The notes: generated by a model not told the origin, from the sequence alone. DNA of 32,000 bases from Fastidiosibacter lacustris (GCF_003428155.1 NZ_QLIR01000002.1:120001-152000), one strand, 5' to 3'. Shown: positions 8,469 through 18,012, numbered from the stretch's first letter. Translations and numbers: made by a program.

Positions 8469-9025
8469 AGGTTTGGTGCTTGATTTGGTTAGTAACACTT
8501 ATGTTGTTGCTTTGTGGAAAAAATGCGCTTGCCATGCAAACGGATTTAGTAAGTTACGTAAATGAAATTTCGGCTAAAACACCCGCACAGGAAATAGCAC
8601 CTTTACCAAAAATTAACGTAGTAAAAGTTCAACAGCTGAATTTAACCAACCTGCGTAATCCATTTGACACCCCAGCAAAACTACTCGTCAAAGAAGCACC
8701 TAAACAAGTTGTTGATGATAATAAGTACCAACCAAATTTAGCACGTAAAAGGCTGCCTTTAGAGCAAATTCCACTTGAAGACTTAAGATTTTCAGGTGTA
8801 ATTGAACAAGGCGATCAAATTTGGGCTATTATAACCAACATTAAAAATCATCATGCAAATGTTGTACAACTTGGAGACTATCTGGGGCGAGATTATGGAC
8901 GGATAGAGAAAATTACGGCAGAGTATGTAGAGATAGACGAGCGTAAAAAAGGAAAAGAAGGGAAATGGTACAAAGTAACAACGCTTTTAAAATTAAATCA
9001 GGTGGCTAAAAATGCTGAAAACTAA
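8465..9025 (+). CDS. pilP: type IVa pilus assembly protein PilP
   Basis: Position between pilO and pilQ, signal peptide with Cys (LMLLLCGKNALA), and a C-terminal beta-domain (LRFSGVIEQGDQIWAIITN...VQLGDYLG). Confidence 0.75.
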   Translation: MKVWCLIWLVTLMLLLCGKNALAMQTDLVSYVNEISAKTPAQEIAPLPKINVVKVQQLNLTNLRNPFDTPAKLLVKEAPKQVVDDNKYQPNLARKRLPLEQIPLEDLRFSGVIEQGDQIWAIITNIKNHHANVVQLGDYLGRDYGRIEKITAEYVEIDERKKGKEGKWYKVTTLLKLNQVAKNAEN

Positions 9026-10835
9026 AGCACTTAAGTTATCTGTATCTATACTAACATGCGTTTTTACTTTGTCAGTAGATGCAAGTATTTTGCATTTTGG
9101 TTCGTTTTTAACGCTTGAATTAGATTTGTCAAAATATTTAAATCAATCAGCTGTGATTGATAAAAAAAGTGATGCTCCTGTTCCAAAAACAAATTTAGCT
9201 GTCATTCAAGGTACTACGGTAAAAGAAATAAATTCGCCAGAAAATATTTTAGAAGTAATAAAAAACCAAACAAATTTAACTAATATTTCGCATACGCATC
9301 GATTTATTGAGGATATTCGCTATCAGCGTTCAGTGAATAATGGTGGGGTATTGAAACTGCTGTGGGAAAAACAACCGGAAGCAATTGATTTCTTGGAACA
9401 TAAAAATACTTTAGTGATCACATTTAAGAATACAAGCATTGCAGATTATTGGTTACATAGTATTGATACTACAATATTTAATACAATTGTGTCTTCGCTT
9501 GATTTGCAGCAAGAAGGCAGTTCACTTATTATGATTATGCGGATGGATGTCCCATTTCACTATACTCATAAAACAACAAGTACAGGACTTGAAGTAGAAA
9601 TTAGTAATAAGCAAACGGAAATCGATGGATTTAGCGTTAATAAGAAAATTTCACTTAAATTTCAAGATGTACCGATCAGGTCACTTTTGCAAACAATGGC
9701 CCAATTTGCTGGTTTAAACTTAGTCATAAGTGATGGGGTTGAAGGGCAGGTATCATTGAGTCTCACTCAAGTACCGTGGGAGAAAGCACTTAATATCATT
9801 TTGTTATCAAAGAGCTTAGGGAAGCGGTTGATGGGGAGCATACTCTATATCGCACCTAATGCAGAGATTGCGGCACAAAATCAAGAGGCTGCGGTAGCTG
9901 AGCAAGCCAATCAAGCAGCAGCACCACTGACAACAGAATATATTCATTTAAACTACGCCAAAGCTGAAAATGTGATGAAGATGCTAGAATCTAGTAAACA
10001 GGGATTTTTGTCTTCACGCGGTTCGATAGCAACAGATGAGCGTACCAATATGTTGATTGTGACGGATACCAAAGACTATATCAGTGGCATTCGCTCGATG
10101 ATTAATAATTTAGATGAGCCTGTTGATCAAGTGCTTATTGAGGCACGCATCGTTGAAGTATCAAAAAAGTCAGCATTTGATTTAGGACTTGGTTATAAAG
10201 CAAATAATGGCAAAGATAGTAGTATTAGTATCTTACCTAATTATCAAGATCCATCTAAACCAAGCCAAGGTTCAACCAATGCAACTTTAGCGTTTGCAGG
10301 TTTGTTTGGTGGGATTGATCTTACTCTTGAGTTATCTGCATTAGAAACAGAAGGAGATGCAAAAATCATTTCATCTCCACACTTGGTTGTAGCAGAGAAT
10401 ACAGAAGCATTTATTAAGCAAGGTAAAGAGATTCCATATAATGAAAGTAGTGCTTCGGGAGCTGCTAGTGTTGCGTTTAAAGAAGCAGTATTAGAGCTTA
10501 AAGTGAAACCTCAAGTCGCCCCAAACGGGGATGTTATTTTGGATGTTACCGTTAAAAAAGATGCGCCATCTACTGATGCGGAATTAAGCACAAGTGGAGA
10601 ACCTGCATTAGACAAAAGGGAAATAAAAACAAAATTGATGATTAAAAATGGTCAAACAGTTGTTTTAGGCGGTATTTATGAAAAAACGATTGAATACTCT
10701 AAGAGTAAAGTTCCATTTTTAGGTGATATTCCACTTTTGGGTTGGTTATTTAGTAGTGTCAGTAATAGGGTTGAGAATAAGGAGTTATTGATTTTTATTA
10801 CTCCTAAAATTATTAAAAGCGAAACAAAGATTTAG
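9012..10835 (+). CDS. pilQ: type IVa pilus secretin PilQ
   Basis: N0/STN-like region (ISLKFQDVPIRSLLQTMAQFAGLNLVISDGVEG.VSL) and secretin C-domain (VLIEARIVEV...SPHLVVAENTEAFIKQGKEIPY...VPFLGDIPLLGWLF...ELLIFITPKII). Confidence 0.9.
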   Translation: MLKTKALKLSVSILTCVFTLSVDASILHFGSFLTLELDLSKYLNQSAVIDKKSDAPVPKTNLAVIQGTTVKEINSPENILEVIKNQTNLTNISHTHRFIEDIRYQRSVNNGGVLKLLWEKQPEAIDFLEHKNTLVITFKNTSIADYWLHSIDTTIFNTIVSSLDLQQEGSSLIMIMRMDVPFHYTHKTTSTGLEVEISNKQTEIDGFSVNKKISLKFQDVPIRSLLQTMAQFAGLNLVISDGVEGQVSLSLTQVPWEKALNIILLSKSLGKRLMGSILYIAPNAEIAAQNQEAAVAEQANQAAAPLTTEYIHLNYAKAENVMKMLESSKQGFLSSRGSIATDERTNMLIVTDTKDYISGIRSMINNLDEPVDQVLIEARIVEVSKKSAFDLGLGYKANNGKDSSISILPNYQDPSKPSQGSTNATLAFAGLFGGIDLTLELSALETEGDAKIISSPHLVVAENTEAFIKQGKEIPYNESSASGAASVAFKEAVLELKVKPQVAPNGDVILDVTVKKDAPSTDAELSTSGEPALDKREIKTKLMIKNGQTVVLGGIYEKTIEYSKSKVPFLGDIPLLGWLFSSVSNRVENKELLIFITPKIIKSETKI

Positions 10836-11075
10836 ATTTTTAAACAAAGAACTTACGTTATTTATGGCTTATTTTGCTAGTTTCCCTAGACTCTTTAAAA
10901 TTAAGCCAAGCATCTGTGCTGAACTCCCCTAGATATAATCGATGACTCAGAGCAGGCATTAGCGTAAACTTTTAATCGCTATATAACGTAGCACGAGGCA
11001 TCTTCTATCGTGAATTATTTTGTAGTATTACGCAAAACAGTTTGTGATGGATATATAAAATTGATGGAGGAAATT

Positions 11076-11756
11076 ATGCCAAATCAAACTAAAAAAGTAG
11101 CCGTATTATTAGCAGGGTGTGGTTCATTAGATGGCAGTGAAATTCATGAAGCTGTATTAACGTTATTGTCATTATCAAAACGTGGTATTGACTATGAGGT
11201 TATTGCCCCGAATAAAAATCAACACCATGTGATCAATCACATCACAGGCCAAGAAATGTCAGAAAATCGTAATATGCTGGTTGAGGCGGCTCGTATTGCA
11301 AGAGGTAAGATAAAAGACTTGGCTCAAGTGCAGCCATATGATTATAGTGCACTTGTCCTACCAGGTGGTTTTGGCGCAGCCAAAAACCTATGTGATTTTG
11401 CTTTTAAGCAAGATGCAACCTATCAGGTTGACTCACAAGTGAAAAAGTTTATTGAAGCGTTTAAAGGTGAGCATAAACCAGTTGGTTTTATTTGTATTGC
11501 ACCTGTGATTGCAGCCGAAATTTACCCAAGCGTAAGCTTAACAATTGGTCAAGATGAGGCAATAGCGAACATACTTCAACAAAAAGGTGCAAAACACGTT
11601 AAGGAATGTGTCAGTAGTGTATGTATAGATCATGACAATCAAGTAGTGACAACGCCTGCATATATGTTAGGAAAATCGATCGCTGAGGTAGCTGAAGGTA
11701 TTGATAAATTAATTGAAGCAGTTGCCAGCTTGATAGATGAGAAAATTCATGTTTAA
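11076..11756 (+). CDS. elbB: DJ-1/PfpI-family protein ElbB (glyoxalase III-like)
   Basis: Near-colinear with E. coli ElbB as I recall it: KKVAVLLAGCGSLDGSEIHEAVLTLLSL..., LVLPGGFGAAKNLCDFA, VTTPAYML. I chose the ATG at 11076 because GGAGG lies 5 nt upstream. The GTG at 11010 adds 22 residues that do not look like ElbB. Confidence 0.85.
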   Translation: MPNQTKKVAVLLAGCGSLDGSEIHEAVLTLLSLSKRGIDYEVIAPNKNQHHVINHITGQEMSENRNMLVEAARIARGKIKDLAQVQPYDYSALVLPGGFGAAKNLCDFAFKQDATYQVDSQVKKFIEAFKGEHKPVGFICIAPVIAAEIYPSVSLTIGQDEAIANILQQKGAKHVKECVSSVCIDHDNQVVTTPAYMLGKSIAEVAEGIDKLIEAVASLIDEKIHV

Positions 11757-11760
11757 TGTC

Positions 11761-12852
11761 TTAATCAAGATAAAAACGTGTAACACGAGGGTTAATGGCG
11801 GTAAGTATGGCATAGCTTGAAGTACCAATTTGTTTGGCAATCTGATCAACAGTCAGTTTTGGTACACCAAACAAAGTCACGACATCTCCAATTTTGATAT
11901 CATGATTTGCACCAATTTCAATTGCCATTAAATCCATCGAAACTTTGCCCGCAGTGGGATAGGGGATATCGTTAATTAACACAGTTGTCCCATTTGGTGT
12001 AGATTGTGGATAACCATCACCATAACCGATACTGGCAATTGCGATATACGTGTCTTCTTCAGCAATATATCTACGATTGTAACCAACCGATTCACCTTTT
12101 TTGATCGGCTGAATGGCAATCACATGGCTGTGTAAAGACATCACGGAGTGAAGTGTACAACCAAGATCTTTTGCATCTTGCGCACAAGCTCCATATAAAG
12201 CAAGACCAATTCGAATCGTGTTGGTTTTATCAATGTTAGCATTCAGTAGAGAGGCAGCAGAGTTAAATGCACTGATATTGACAAGTTGTTTATCTTGAAT
12301 AAGTTGATAAAAACGGGTTAATTGTAACTGGGTAAAACTTTGATCTTTATTTTCTGATTCTGCTAAATGAGTTAAGGCGTTTAGTGGTTTTTGATAGAAC
12401 TGGGCCTTGTTGTATAAATCATTAAACTCGTTATAATTTAAGCCTAAACGATTCATTCCAGTATTGACTTTAAGCCATATTTCAGCGTTGCATCTTTTAA
12501 AATAAGGTACAAGTAATTCATATTGGTAAGTGCTATGAATGATAGGGATGAGGCTGTGATTGATCAACTTTTGTGTCATTTGTTGACAGAAAAAGCCGGA
12601 AAAAATAATGATTTTAGTATTTATGCCATAATCGCGTAGCTCAATACCTTCTTCAATACTCGCAACGCCAAAATAATCGCATAAACCATCTAGTGCATGT
12701 GCAATTTCAATTGCGCCATGACCATAAGCGTTTGCTTTGAGCATGACAATCACTTTTTTGTGTGGATGTAGTACTTTAATGTTGTGTAAATTTTGGTGTA
12801 AGTTTGTAAGGTGAATATCTGCAAAAGCTCGCAGATTGTGGTAGTTATTCAT
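11761..12852 (-). CDS. alr: alanine racemase
   Basis: PLP-lysine motif VMLKANAYGHGA, 363 aa, with a C-terminal beta-domain typical of Alr. Confidence 0.9.
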   Translation of the reverse strand: MNNYHNLRAFADIHLTNLHQNLHNIKVLHPHKKVIVMLKANAYGHGAIEIAHALDGLCDYFGVASIEEGIELRDYGINTKIIIFSGFFCQQMTQKLINHSLIPIIHSTYQYELLVPYFKRCNAEIWLKVNTGMNRLGLNYNEFNDLYNKAQFYQKPLNALTHLAESENKDQSFTQLQLTRFYQLIQDKQLVNISAFNSAASLLNANIDKTNTIRIGLALYGACAQDAKDLGCTLHSVMSLHSHVIAIQPIKKGESVGYNRRYIAEEDTYIAIASIGYGDGYPQSTPNGTTVLINDIPYPTAGKVSMDLMAIEIGANHDIKIGDVVTLFGVPKLTVDQIAKQIGTSSYAILTAINPRVTRFYLD

Positions 12853-13101
12853 AACAAAAAGGCAAATAAAGTTAAAAAATTTAACGATGTGTTTAGGATA
12901 ACGCCTTTTAGAGTAAGTACAAGTTGTTTTGCGAGGCTATTGTTCTTAATAAATCATTTACCCTGAAATCTTTACTCTTTTTCGATGGTGACCAGTACCC
13001 TCTAATTTTGATAAAAGTTTACCGCAAAAATCGCTTGTGGGTTTTATTGGTAATGGTAATATAAAACTTCGTCAAATATCTAAGACTATAATACATAAAT
13101 T

Positions 13102-14322
13102 ATGTCGGAAACTTATACAATGCTATCGGTTTCAAGGATGAAACAACTCGGTGGTATTTTACTTATTGCAGGCACATCAATTGGTGCAGGCATGTTAGGT
13201 ATTCCCTATGTGGTAGCCGCGATTGGTTTTAAAAGCGCAGTGGTTTTGCTTTTTATTAACTGGATCATCATGTTGGCTACAGCATTACTGATTGTAGAAG
13301 TGAACATTAGGCAGCCGTTATCGGCGGATTTAAATACGATGGCTTATGCTACGTTAGGTAGAGTGGGGCAATTCATTAACTGGATTGCCTACTTATTGCT
13401 ATTATATGCTTTAACAACTGCTTATATTTCTATGGGTGGGAGTTTGCTTAATCAATATGTTTTACATTTATCAAGCTCAAGTGGTTATGGCGCTTTATTG
13501 TTTACGCTTCTGTTCGGGATGGTGATTTATTTTGGTACATCAGCCGTTGATCAGCTCAACAAAGTGTTTTTTACACTTAAGACTGTGTGTTTTATAGCGA
13601 TTATTGTGGTCGTTGTGCCTTATGTACAAACCAATTTGTTAGAAAGTGATAGTTTGGGTATTGGTTATGCTTGGTATGCCTTTCCAATTTTAATTACTTC
13701 TTTTGGTTTTCATATAGTGATCCCGACAATCCGTAATTATTTTAAAAACGATCAGGCCCTGAAAAAAATCGTTATAATTGGTGCCAGTGTACCATTTGTG
13801 GTATATGTTATTTGGGTTGCTATAACTTTAGGAGTCATTCCAGTATTAGGAAATTATGGCTTTCAATATTTAATGAAACATAACATAGATTTAGGGTTAG
13901 CTTATCACAACCTTCTGAATGTAGATGTAGTCAGTGGATTTATTGTTGGTTTTTCTAACGTTGCAGTTACGACTTCATTTTTAGGAGTAACTTTAGCGTT
14001 ATTTCATTTTAACCAGGATACTTATAAGCTTAAAAAAACGATGAAAGCGCGACTTGTGAATTTTGTAATCACCTATGTTCCGCCGTTAATATTTGCTGTA
14101 TTTTTTGTCAATGGCTTTTTAGCTGCTTTAGGCTATGCTAGTATCTTTGTCTGTATTTTATTAATCATATTGCCAGCCTGCATGACATGGTCATTAAGAC
14201 AAAAAGAAAAGCGTAATGGGTTATTGAGTAAGGCTTATCTTTTGCTGTTAATTGTAACGGGTGTATTTATCGTTATTCTCCAATTATTGGCAAGCATAGG
14301 ACTTTTAGCAGTATTATCGTGA
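13102..14322 (+). CDS. aromatic amino-acid:H+ symporter (HAAAP family, TyrP/Mtr-like)
   Basis: N-terminal signature GGILLIAGTSIGAGMLGIPY and about 11 TM segments. The start is uncertain (13102 or the ATG at 13138, which aligns better with the TyrP N-terminus). No clear SD at either. Confidence 0.8.
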   Translation: MSETYTMLSVSRMKQLGGILLIAGTSIGAGMLGIPYVVAAIGFKSAVVLLFINWIIMLATALLIVEVNIRQPLSADLNTMAYATLGRVGQFINWIAYLLLLYALTTAYISMGGSLLNQYVLHLSSSSGYGALLFTLLFGMVIYFGTSAVDQLNKVFFTLKTVCFIAIIVVVVPYVQTNLLESDSLGIGYAWYAFPILITSFGFHIVIPTIRNYFKNDQALKKIVIIGASVPFVVYVIWVAITLGVIPVLGNYGFQYLMKHNIDLGLAYHNLLNVDVVSGFIVGFSNVAVTTSFLGVTLALFHFNQDTYKLKKTMKARLVNFVITYVPPLIFAVFFVNGFLAALGYASIFVCILLIILPACMTWSLRQKEKRNGLLSKAYLLLLIVTGVFIVILQLLASIGLLAVLS

Positions 14323-14325
14323 TTT

Positions 14326-14348
14326 AACTTGAGTTTTCGAGTTTTTTT
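14326..14348 (+). terminator. weak intrinsic terminator candidate after the permease gene
   Basis: aacttg-agtttt-cgagtt gives a 6-bp stem (one G-U pair), followed directly by a T-run (ttttttt). Confidence 0.35.
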
Positions 14349-14442
14349 AGTAATAATTCGCACATCGAGTTTACGTCTGAATAATATTTCTGCTAAACCT
14401 TGCTATGTAGCGCTCTTTCTACTTTTATGAAAGTAAATAACG

Positions 14443-14504
14443 AATACGTGGAAAATACGTAAACTTTTAGGCTTAATATTGATTTTTCTACGTATTATTG
14501 ATTT
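14443..14504. promoter_or_regulatory. cluster of short repeats upstream of the KfrA-like gene (possible operator)
   Basis: AATACGT occurs at 14443-14449 and 14454-14460, with its inverse ACGTATT at 14490-14496. ATTGATTT occurs at 14478-14485 and 14497-14504. Confidence 0.25.
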
Positions 14505-14573
14505 CACTCGCTCAGTGCTGGCGTGTTAAAGGTATGCGTAGTGTAGTGTAAAATTCTTGAAATAAGGGAATTC

Positions 14574-15278
14574 ATGTCCGAAGAGAATCAAATTACTTAT
14601 GAAGAAGTGTCAGCGATTGCTGATCGGTTAAATAAGGAGGGTCGTCGAGTCACCCTGGAGTATGTGCGTAGAGAGTTAGGTAAAGGTACACATGCACAAA
14701 TTGCTGTATTTTTAGGTAGGTGGCAAAAAGAAAATACGCATTTATCGGAACAGGAAAAATCAAAAAATAGAACTCAATGTTTTCGTGACAAAAACCATGA
14801 TAGGTCAAACGCTCAAGGTAAAGAAAGATCTAATATGCTTCGAAGACCTGATATGTCAACCTTTAAAGAGCATCGAACTCATCGACAACAGCAAGATGAA
14901 CTAGAATCATTGCAAAAGCGAGCTTTCGCTCGTAATTCGAAACCCCAATTTATCACAAATGGGAATGGGGAAGAATCGTATGAATCTATTGCACCAATGG
15001 AAGAGCTAACGACAGAGCGTTTACAAAAAGAGCCAGTCATTATTCAAAAGTTATTTCAAGCAATGATCGCGATTAAAGCAGCAAGGGCAGTGGCACTAGA
15101 AGAGTATCAACAAGCCCAAAGCGAGCTCTTAAGCACTCGCATGGAGTGTGATCAAAAAGTGCGTGAATTTAAAAAATACGCTAATGAGCAGTTATTGGCA
15201 TTGCAAAGTGAATATAGCCGTCTTAAAGCAATTACTGAACGTGAAGTCATTGCTATTCGTCAACAGCTAGACATATAA
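14574..15278 (+). CDS. KfrA_N-like DNA-binding protein with basic linker and C-terminal coiled coil
   Basis: The N-terminus ITYEEVSAIADRLNKEGRRVTLEYVRRELGKGTHAQIAVFLGRWQKE resembles the KfrA N-terminal winged-helix domain. The middle is basic and low-complexity. The C-terminus has heptad-like repeats. AAGGGA SD lies 5 nt upstream. Confidence 0.6.
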   Translation: MSEENQITYEEVSAIADRLNKEGRRVTLEYVRRELGKGTHAQIAVFLGRWQKENTHLSEQEKSKNRTQCFRDKNHDRSNAQGKERSNMLRRPDMSTFKEHRTHRQQQDELESLQKRAFARNSKPQFITNGNGEESYESIAPMEELTTERLQKEPVIIQKLFQAMIAIKAARAVALEEYQQAQSELLSTRMECDQKVREFKKYANEQLLALQSEYSRLKAITEREVIAIRQQLDI

Positions 15279-15288
15279 TAATATTGCT

Positions 15289-15696
15289 AAGTTGGTCAGA
15301 CAGTCGCGTCTTACCACGTTATTACATTAGTGTTTAGCTTAAAATTATTGTCTAAAGATTAAGATGTAAAAAGTGGTAGGGTGAGGAAAGTCCGGGCTTC
15401 ACAGAGCAAGATGCCAGGTAATGCCTGGGAGGTGTGAACCTACGGAAAGTGCAACAGAGAGTAGACCGCCGATGGTATCTAAATATACACAGGTAAGGGT
15501 GAAACGGTGTGGTAAGAGCACACCGCGCTTTTGGTAACAAAAGTGGCACGGTAAACCCCATCTGAAGCAAGGTCAAATAGGGTTGTGATAGCATTGCTCG
15601 TGTTGCAACTGGGTAGACTGCTTGAGCATGATGGTGACATAATGCCTAGATAAATGACTGTCCACGACAGAACCCGGCTTATAGACTGACTTAGTA
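15289..15696 (+). ncRNA. rnpB: RNase P RNA, bacterial type A
   Basis: Universal blocks are present: AAGUUGGUCAGACAGUCGCG..., GAGGAAAGUCCGGGCUUCACAGAGCAAGAUGCCAGGUAAUGCCUGGGAGG, AGUGCAACAGAGAGUAGACCGCCGAUGG, CAGGUAAGGGUGAAACGGUGUGGUAAGAGCACACCGC, GGUAAACCCCAUCUGAAGCAAGGUCAAAUAGG, GGGUAGACUGCUUGAGC, CCUAGAUAAAUGACUGUCCACGACAGAACCCGGCUUAUAGACUGACUU. The P1 5' strand AAGUUGGUC pairs with the 3' strand GACUGACUU. Confidence 0.92.
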
Positions 15697-15804
15697 AACA
15701 TATTAATGTTTATTTCTATACTTTCACTAGGGTTTTTGACTCATTTTCGTTATGCTTAAAGGCAAAGACTCTAGGCATTGTTATAAATAACGGACAAAGT
15801 ACAA

Positions 15805-18012
15805 ATGGTGAAAGTTACTGATCGCTATGTTTTAACAAAGGATGGTTTTATTGACTTTGAAAAATGGTTACCTTTGTTAGAGGAGTTTTATCCAAAGTCT
15901 AGGTTACAAACGATTGCTGGTGCTATTGATATTCTGGTGGAATATGGCATAGATCAACCATCAGTACATGGTGGAACATGTTTTAGCTATGGTGTGGAAA
16001 TGGCCGCAGTGCTTTTTGATTTGCAAGCAGATGAAGATTCTGTAGCCGCCGCCTTATTATTTGAGCTGCACTATAACCAAAAAATTCCGCACGAAAAAAT
16101 CATTGAAAGATGTGGCGAATCGGTGCTTAAAATCTTAGATGGAGCGTGTGCGATGTCCGCAGTACGCGCTTTGCAAAATGTAAAACCTAGCCAAACGCAG
16201 GTTGATACCTTTCGTAAAATGCTATTAACCATTGTTGAAGATGTACGTATTGTGTTGGTGAAGCTTGCTGATCGTGTGTGTACGATGCGAGCAGTCAAAC
16301 ATTGGACAGAAAGTTATAAGCAAACGATCGCTAAAGAAATCCTCGAAATATATGCCCCTTTGGCTAATCGTTTAGGATTGGCTAAAACAAAATGGGAGTT
16401 AGAAGACCGTGCATTTGCTTGCTTGTATCCTGTTGAATATAAAAAAATAGCACGAGGACTTAAGAAGAAGCGGCTACAAAGAGAAGCCTATATTCAAGAT
16501 GCGATGGATACATTGGCAGCTATTTTAGAAAAAGAAGGGATTCACTTTGAGTTAAGTGGACGTGTTAAGCATATCTATAGCATTTGGCGTAAGCTTAGGA
16601 AAAAAGAGCGTGATTTAAATGAAATTTATGACATCCGTGCGATGCGTATTTTAGTTGATTCAGTGGATGAGTGTTATCGCGTATTGAGTATTGTTAATGA
16701 GTTATGGGAACCGATTCCCAATGAGTTTGCAGACTATATTGCTACACCAAAACAAAATGGTTATCGCTCTGTACACACTGTTGTTTATGGTCCTGACGCA
16801 TTGACGCTTGAAGTTCAAATTAGAACCTTTGATATGCACAACGAATCAGAAATGGGTGTGGCTGCACATTGGCGTTATAAAGAAGGGGTACGACATGATC
16901 CAAGTTATGAGGCAAGAGTCAATTGGTTAAGGTCATTATTAGATTGGGAAAGTGAGCTTGCCAATGAACTCAATAGTGATGAACTAAGAAAGAATATTAC
17001 TAGTAATCGTGTTTATGTGTTTACACCCAATGGTGATGTTATTGATATGGAATCAGGTTCTACTGTATTAGATTTTGCCTATATGGTGCATACAATGGTA
17101 GGACATCGAACCAAAGGCGCGAAAGTTAACGGTAAGATTGTTCCATTAACAACAAAGCTTGATACAGGTGATAGGGTTGAAATATTAACCCAAAAGGAGC
17201 CACATCCAAGTTTGGATTGGGCAAATGTAAGCAATGGCTTTATTTACTCGGCAAAAATCAGAGCTCGTGTTGCGCGTTGGTTTAAGCAACAAAATAAGGA
17301 GCAAAATGCGCTACTAGGACGTGAGCGTTTACTAGATGAGCTGAAGCACCATCGATTGAGGTCTGTTGATTATAAACTGATTGCAGAGCATTTTAACATG
17401 TCTGATGAAGAAACTTTTTATGCAAGTATCGAAACAGGGGATCTTCGTTTTAATCAAGTGATTAACTATATTGTTGAGCACTATAAACAGTTAGACAAAA
17501 CAGTCCACGATGATAAGGCATTAAAAGGGTTTAACACAACACAAAATCTGGATGAAAAGGTTAGGAAAACGGACTTAACAATTTATGGTGTGGATAATTT
17601 GTTATCACACATGGCTGGTTGCTGTAAGCCTGTGCAAGGAGACGATATCGTTGGTTATTTAACACAAGGTAGAGGCGTGACTGTGCATCGTACAGTATGT
17701 CCAAACTTCTTGAAATTACGCTTAAATGCACCTGAACGTGTACTTGATGTTCAATGGGGGAAAAAGGATTTGCGTCGCTATCAAGTTGATTTATTACTCG
17801 TTTGTAGTGACGTTATCAAGGCAGTGCATGAAGTAACAAGCATTTTGGCAATTGAGAAAATTACTATTGTTAGTTTGCAGCCATCATCTTCTGACAAGCA
17901 CAAAATCATTAAACTCAACCTCATTTTAAGTGATATGCAAACCTTGGAGGCTTTAGTAAAGAAGATCAATAGTACGGAGCATGTTGAAACAATCTCAAGG
18001 GTGATTTGTTAG
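15805..18012 (+). CDS. relA: GTP pyrophosphokinase RelA ((p)ppGpp synthetase I)
   Basis: Synthetase core YRSVHTVV...EVQIRTFDMHNESEMGVAAHWRYKEG, TGS domain (VYVFTPNGDVIDMESGSTVLDFAY...GAKVNGKIVPL) and C-terminal ACT-like region. The hydrolase HD motif is degenerate (AALLFELHYNQ instead of AALLHDxxED), which points to RelA rather than SpoT. Confidence 0.9.
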   Translation: MVKVTDRYVLTKDGFIDFEKWLPLLEEFYPKSRLQTIAGAIDILVEYGIDQPSVHGGTCFSYGVEMAAVLFDLQADEDSVAAALLFELHYNQKIPHEKIIERCGESVLKILDGACAMSAVRALQNVKPSQTQVDTFRKMLLTIVEDVRIVLVKLADRVCTMRAVKHWTESYKQTIAKEILEIYAPLANRLGLAKTKWELEDRAFACLYPVEYKKIARGLKKKRLQREAYIQDAMDTLAAILEKEGIHFELSGRVKHIYSIWRKLRKKERDLNEIYDIRAMRILVDSVDECYRVLSIVNELWEPIPNEFADYIATPKQNGYRSVHTVVYGPDALTLEVQIRTFDMHNESEMGVAAHWRYKEGVRHDPSYEARVNWLRSLLDWESELANELNSDELRKNITSNRVYVFTPNGDVIDMESGSTVLDFAYMVHTMVGHRTKGAKVNGKIVPLTTKLDTGDRVEILTQKEPHPSLDWANVSNGFIYSAKIRARVARWFKQQNKEQNALLGRERLLDELKHHRLRSVDYKLIAEHFNMSDEETFYASIETGDLRFNQVINYIVEHYKQLDKTVHDDKALKGFNTTQNLDEKVRKTDLTIYGVDNLLSHMAGCCKPVQGDDIVGYLTQGRGVTVHRTVCPNFLKLRLNAPERVLDVQWGKKDLRRYQVDLLLVCSDVIKAVHEVTSILAIEKITIVSLQPSSSDKHKIIKLNLILSDMQTLEALVKKINSTEHVETISRVIC

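Noticed and set aside
10865-10908. Hairpin after pilQ (tggctta...taagcca 7-bp stem, extended by tttt/aaaa, with a 21-nt loop)
   Set aside because: The large loop, AT-rich stem and missing U-tract make it unconvincing as an intrinsic terminator. I recognise no sRNA or riboswitch family in the 240-nt pilQ-elbB spacer.
11010-11075. GTG-initiated 22-codon N-terminal extension of elbB
   Set aside because: The extension (MNYFVVLRKTVCDGYIKLMEEI) has no ElbB counterpart. The internal ATG at 11076 has a GGAGG SD at ideal spacing and aligns with the ElbB N-terminus.
14472-14480. CTTAATATT, an exact match to one half-site of the Legionella PmrA consensus
   Set aside because: There is only a single half-site and no second copy at the required ~11-nt period. 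It is not upstream of a dot/icm gene and is expected by chance in AT-rich DNA.
15352-15594. 80-aa ORF on the - strand
   Set aside because: It lies entirely antisense within the RNase P RNA gene, whose conserved blocks are unmistakable. The ORF is an artefact of the structured RNA sequence.
15696-15711. AAACAT-atta-ATGTTT hairpin after rnpB as a terminator
   Set aside because: The stem is mostly A/T (one G-C pair in six), 6 bp long and has no proper U-tract, so it is too weak to call.
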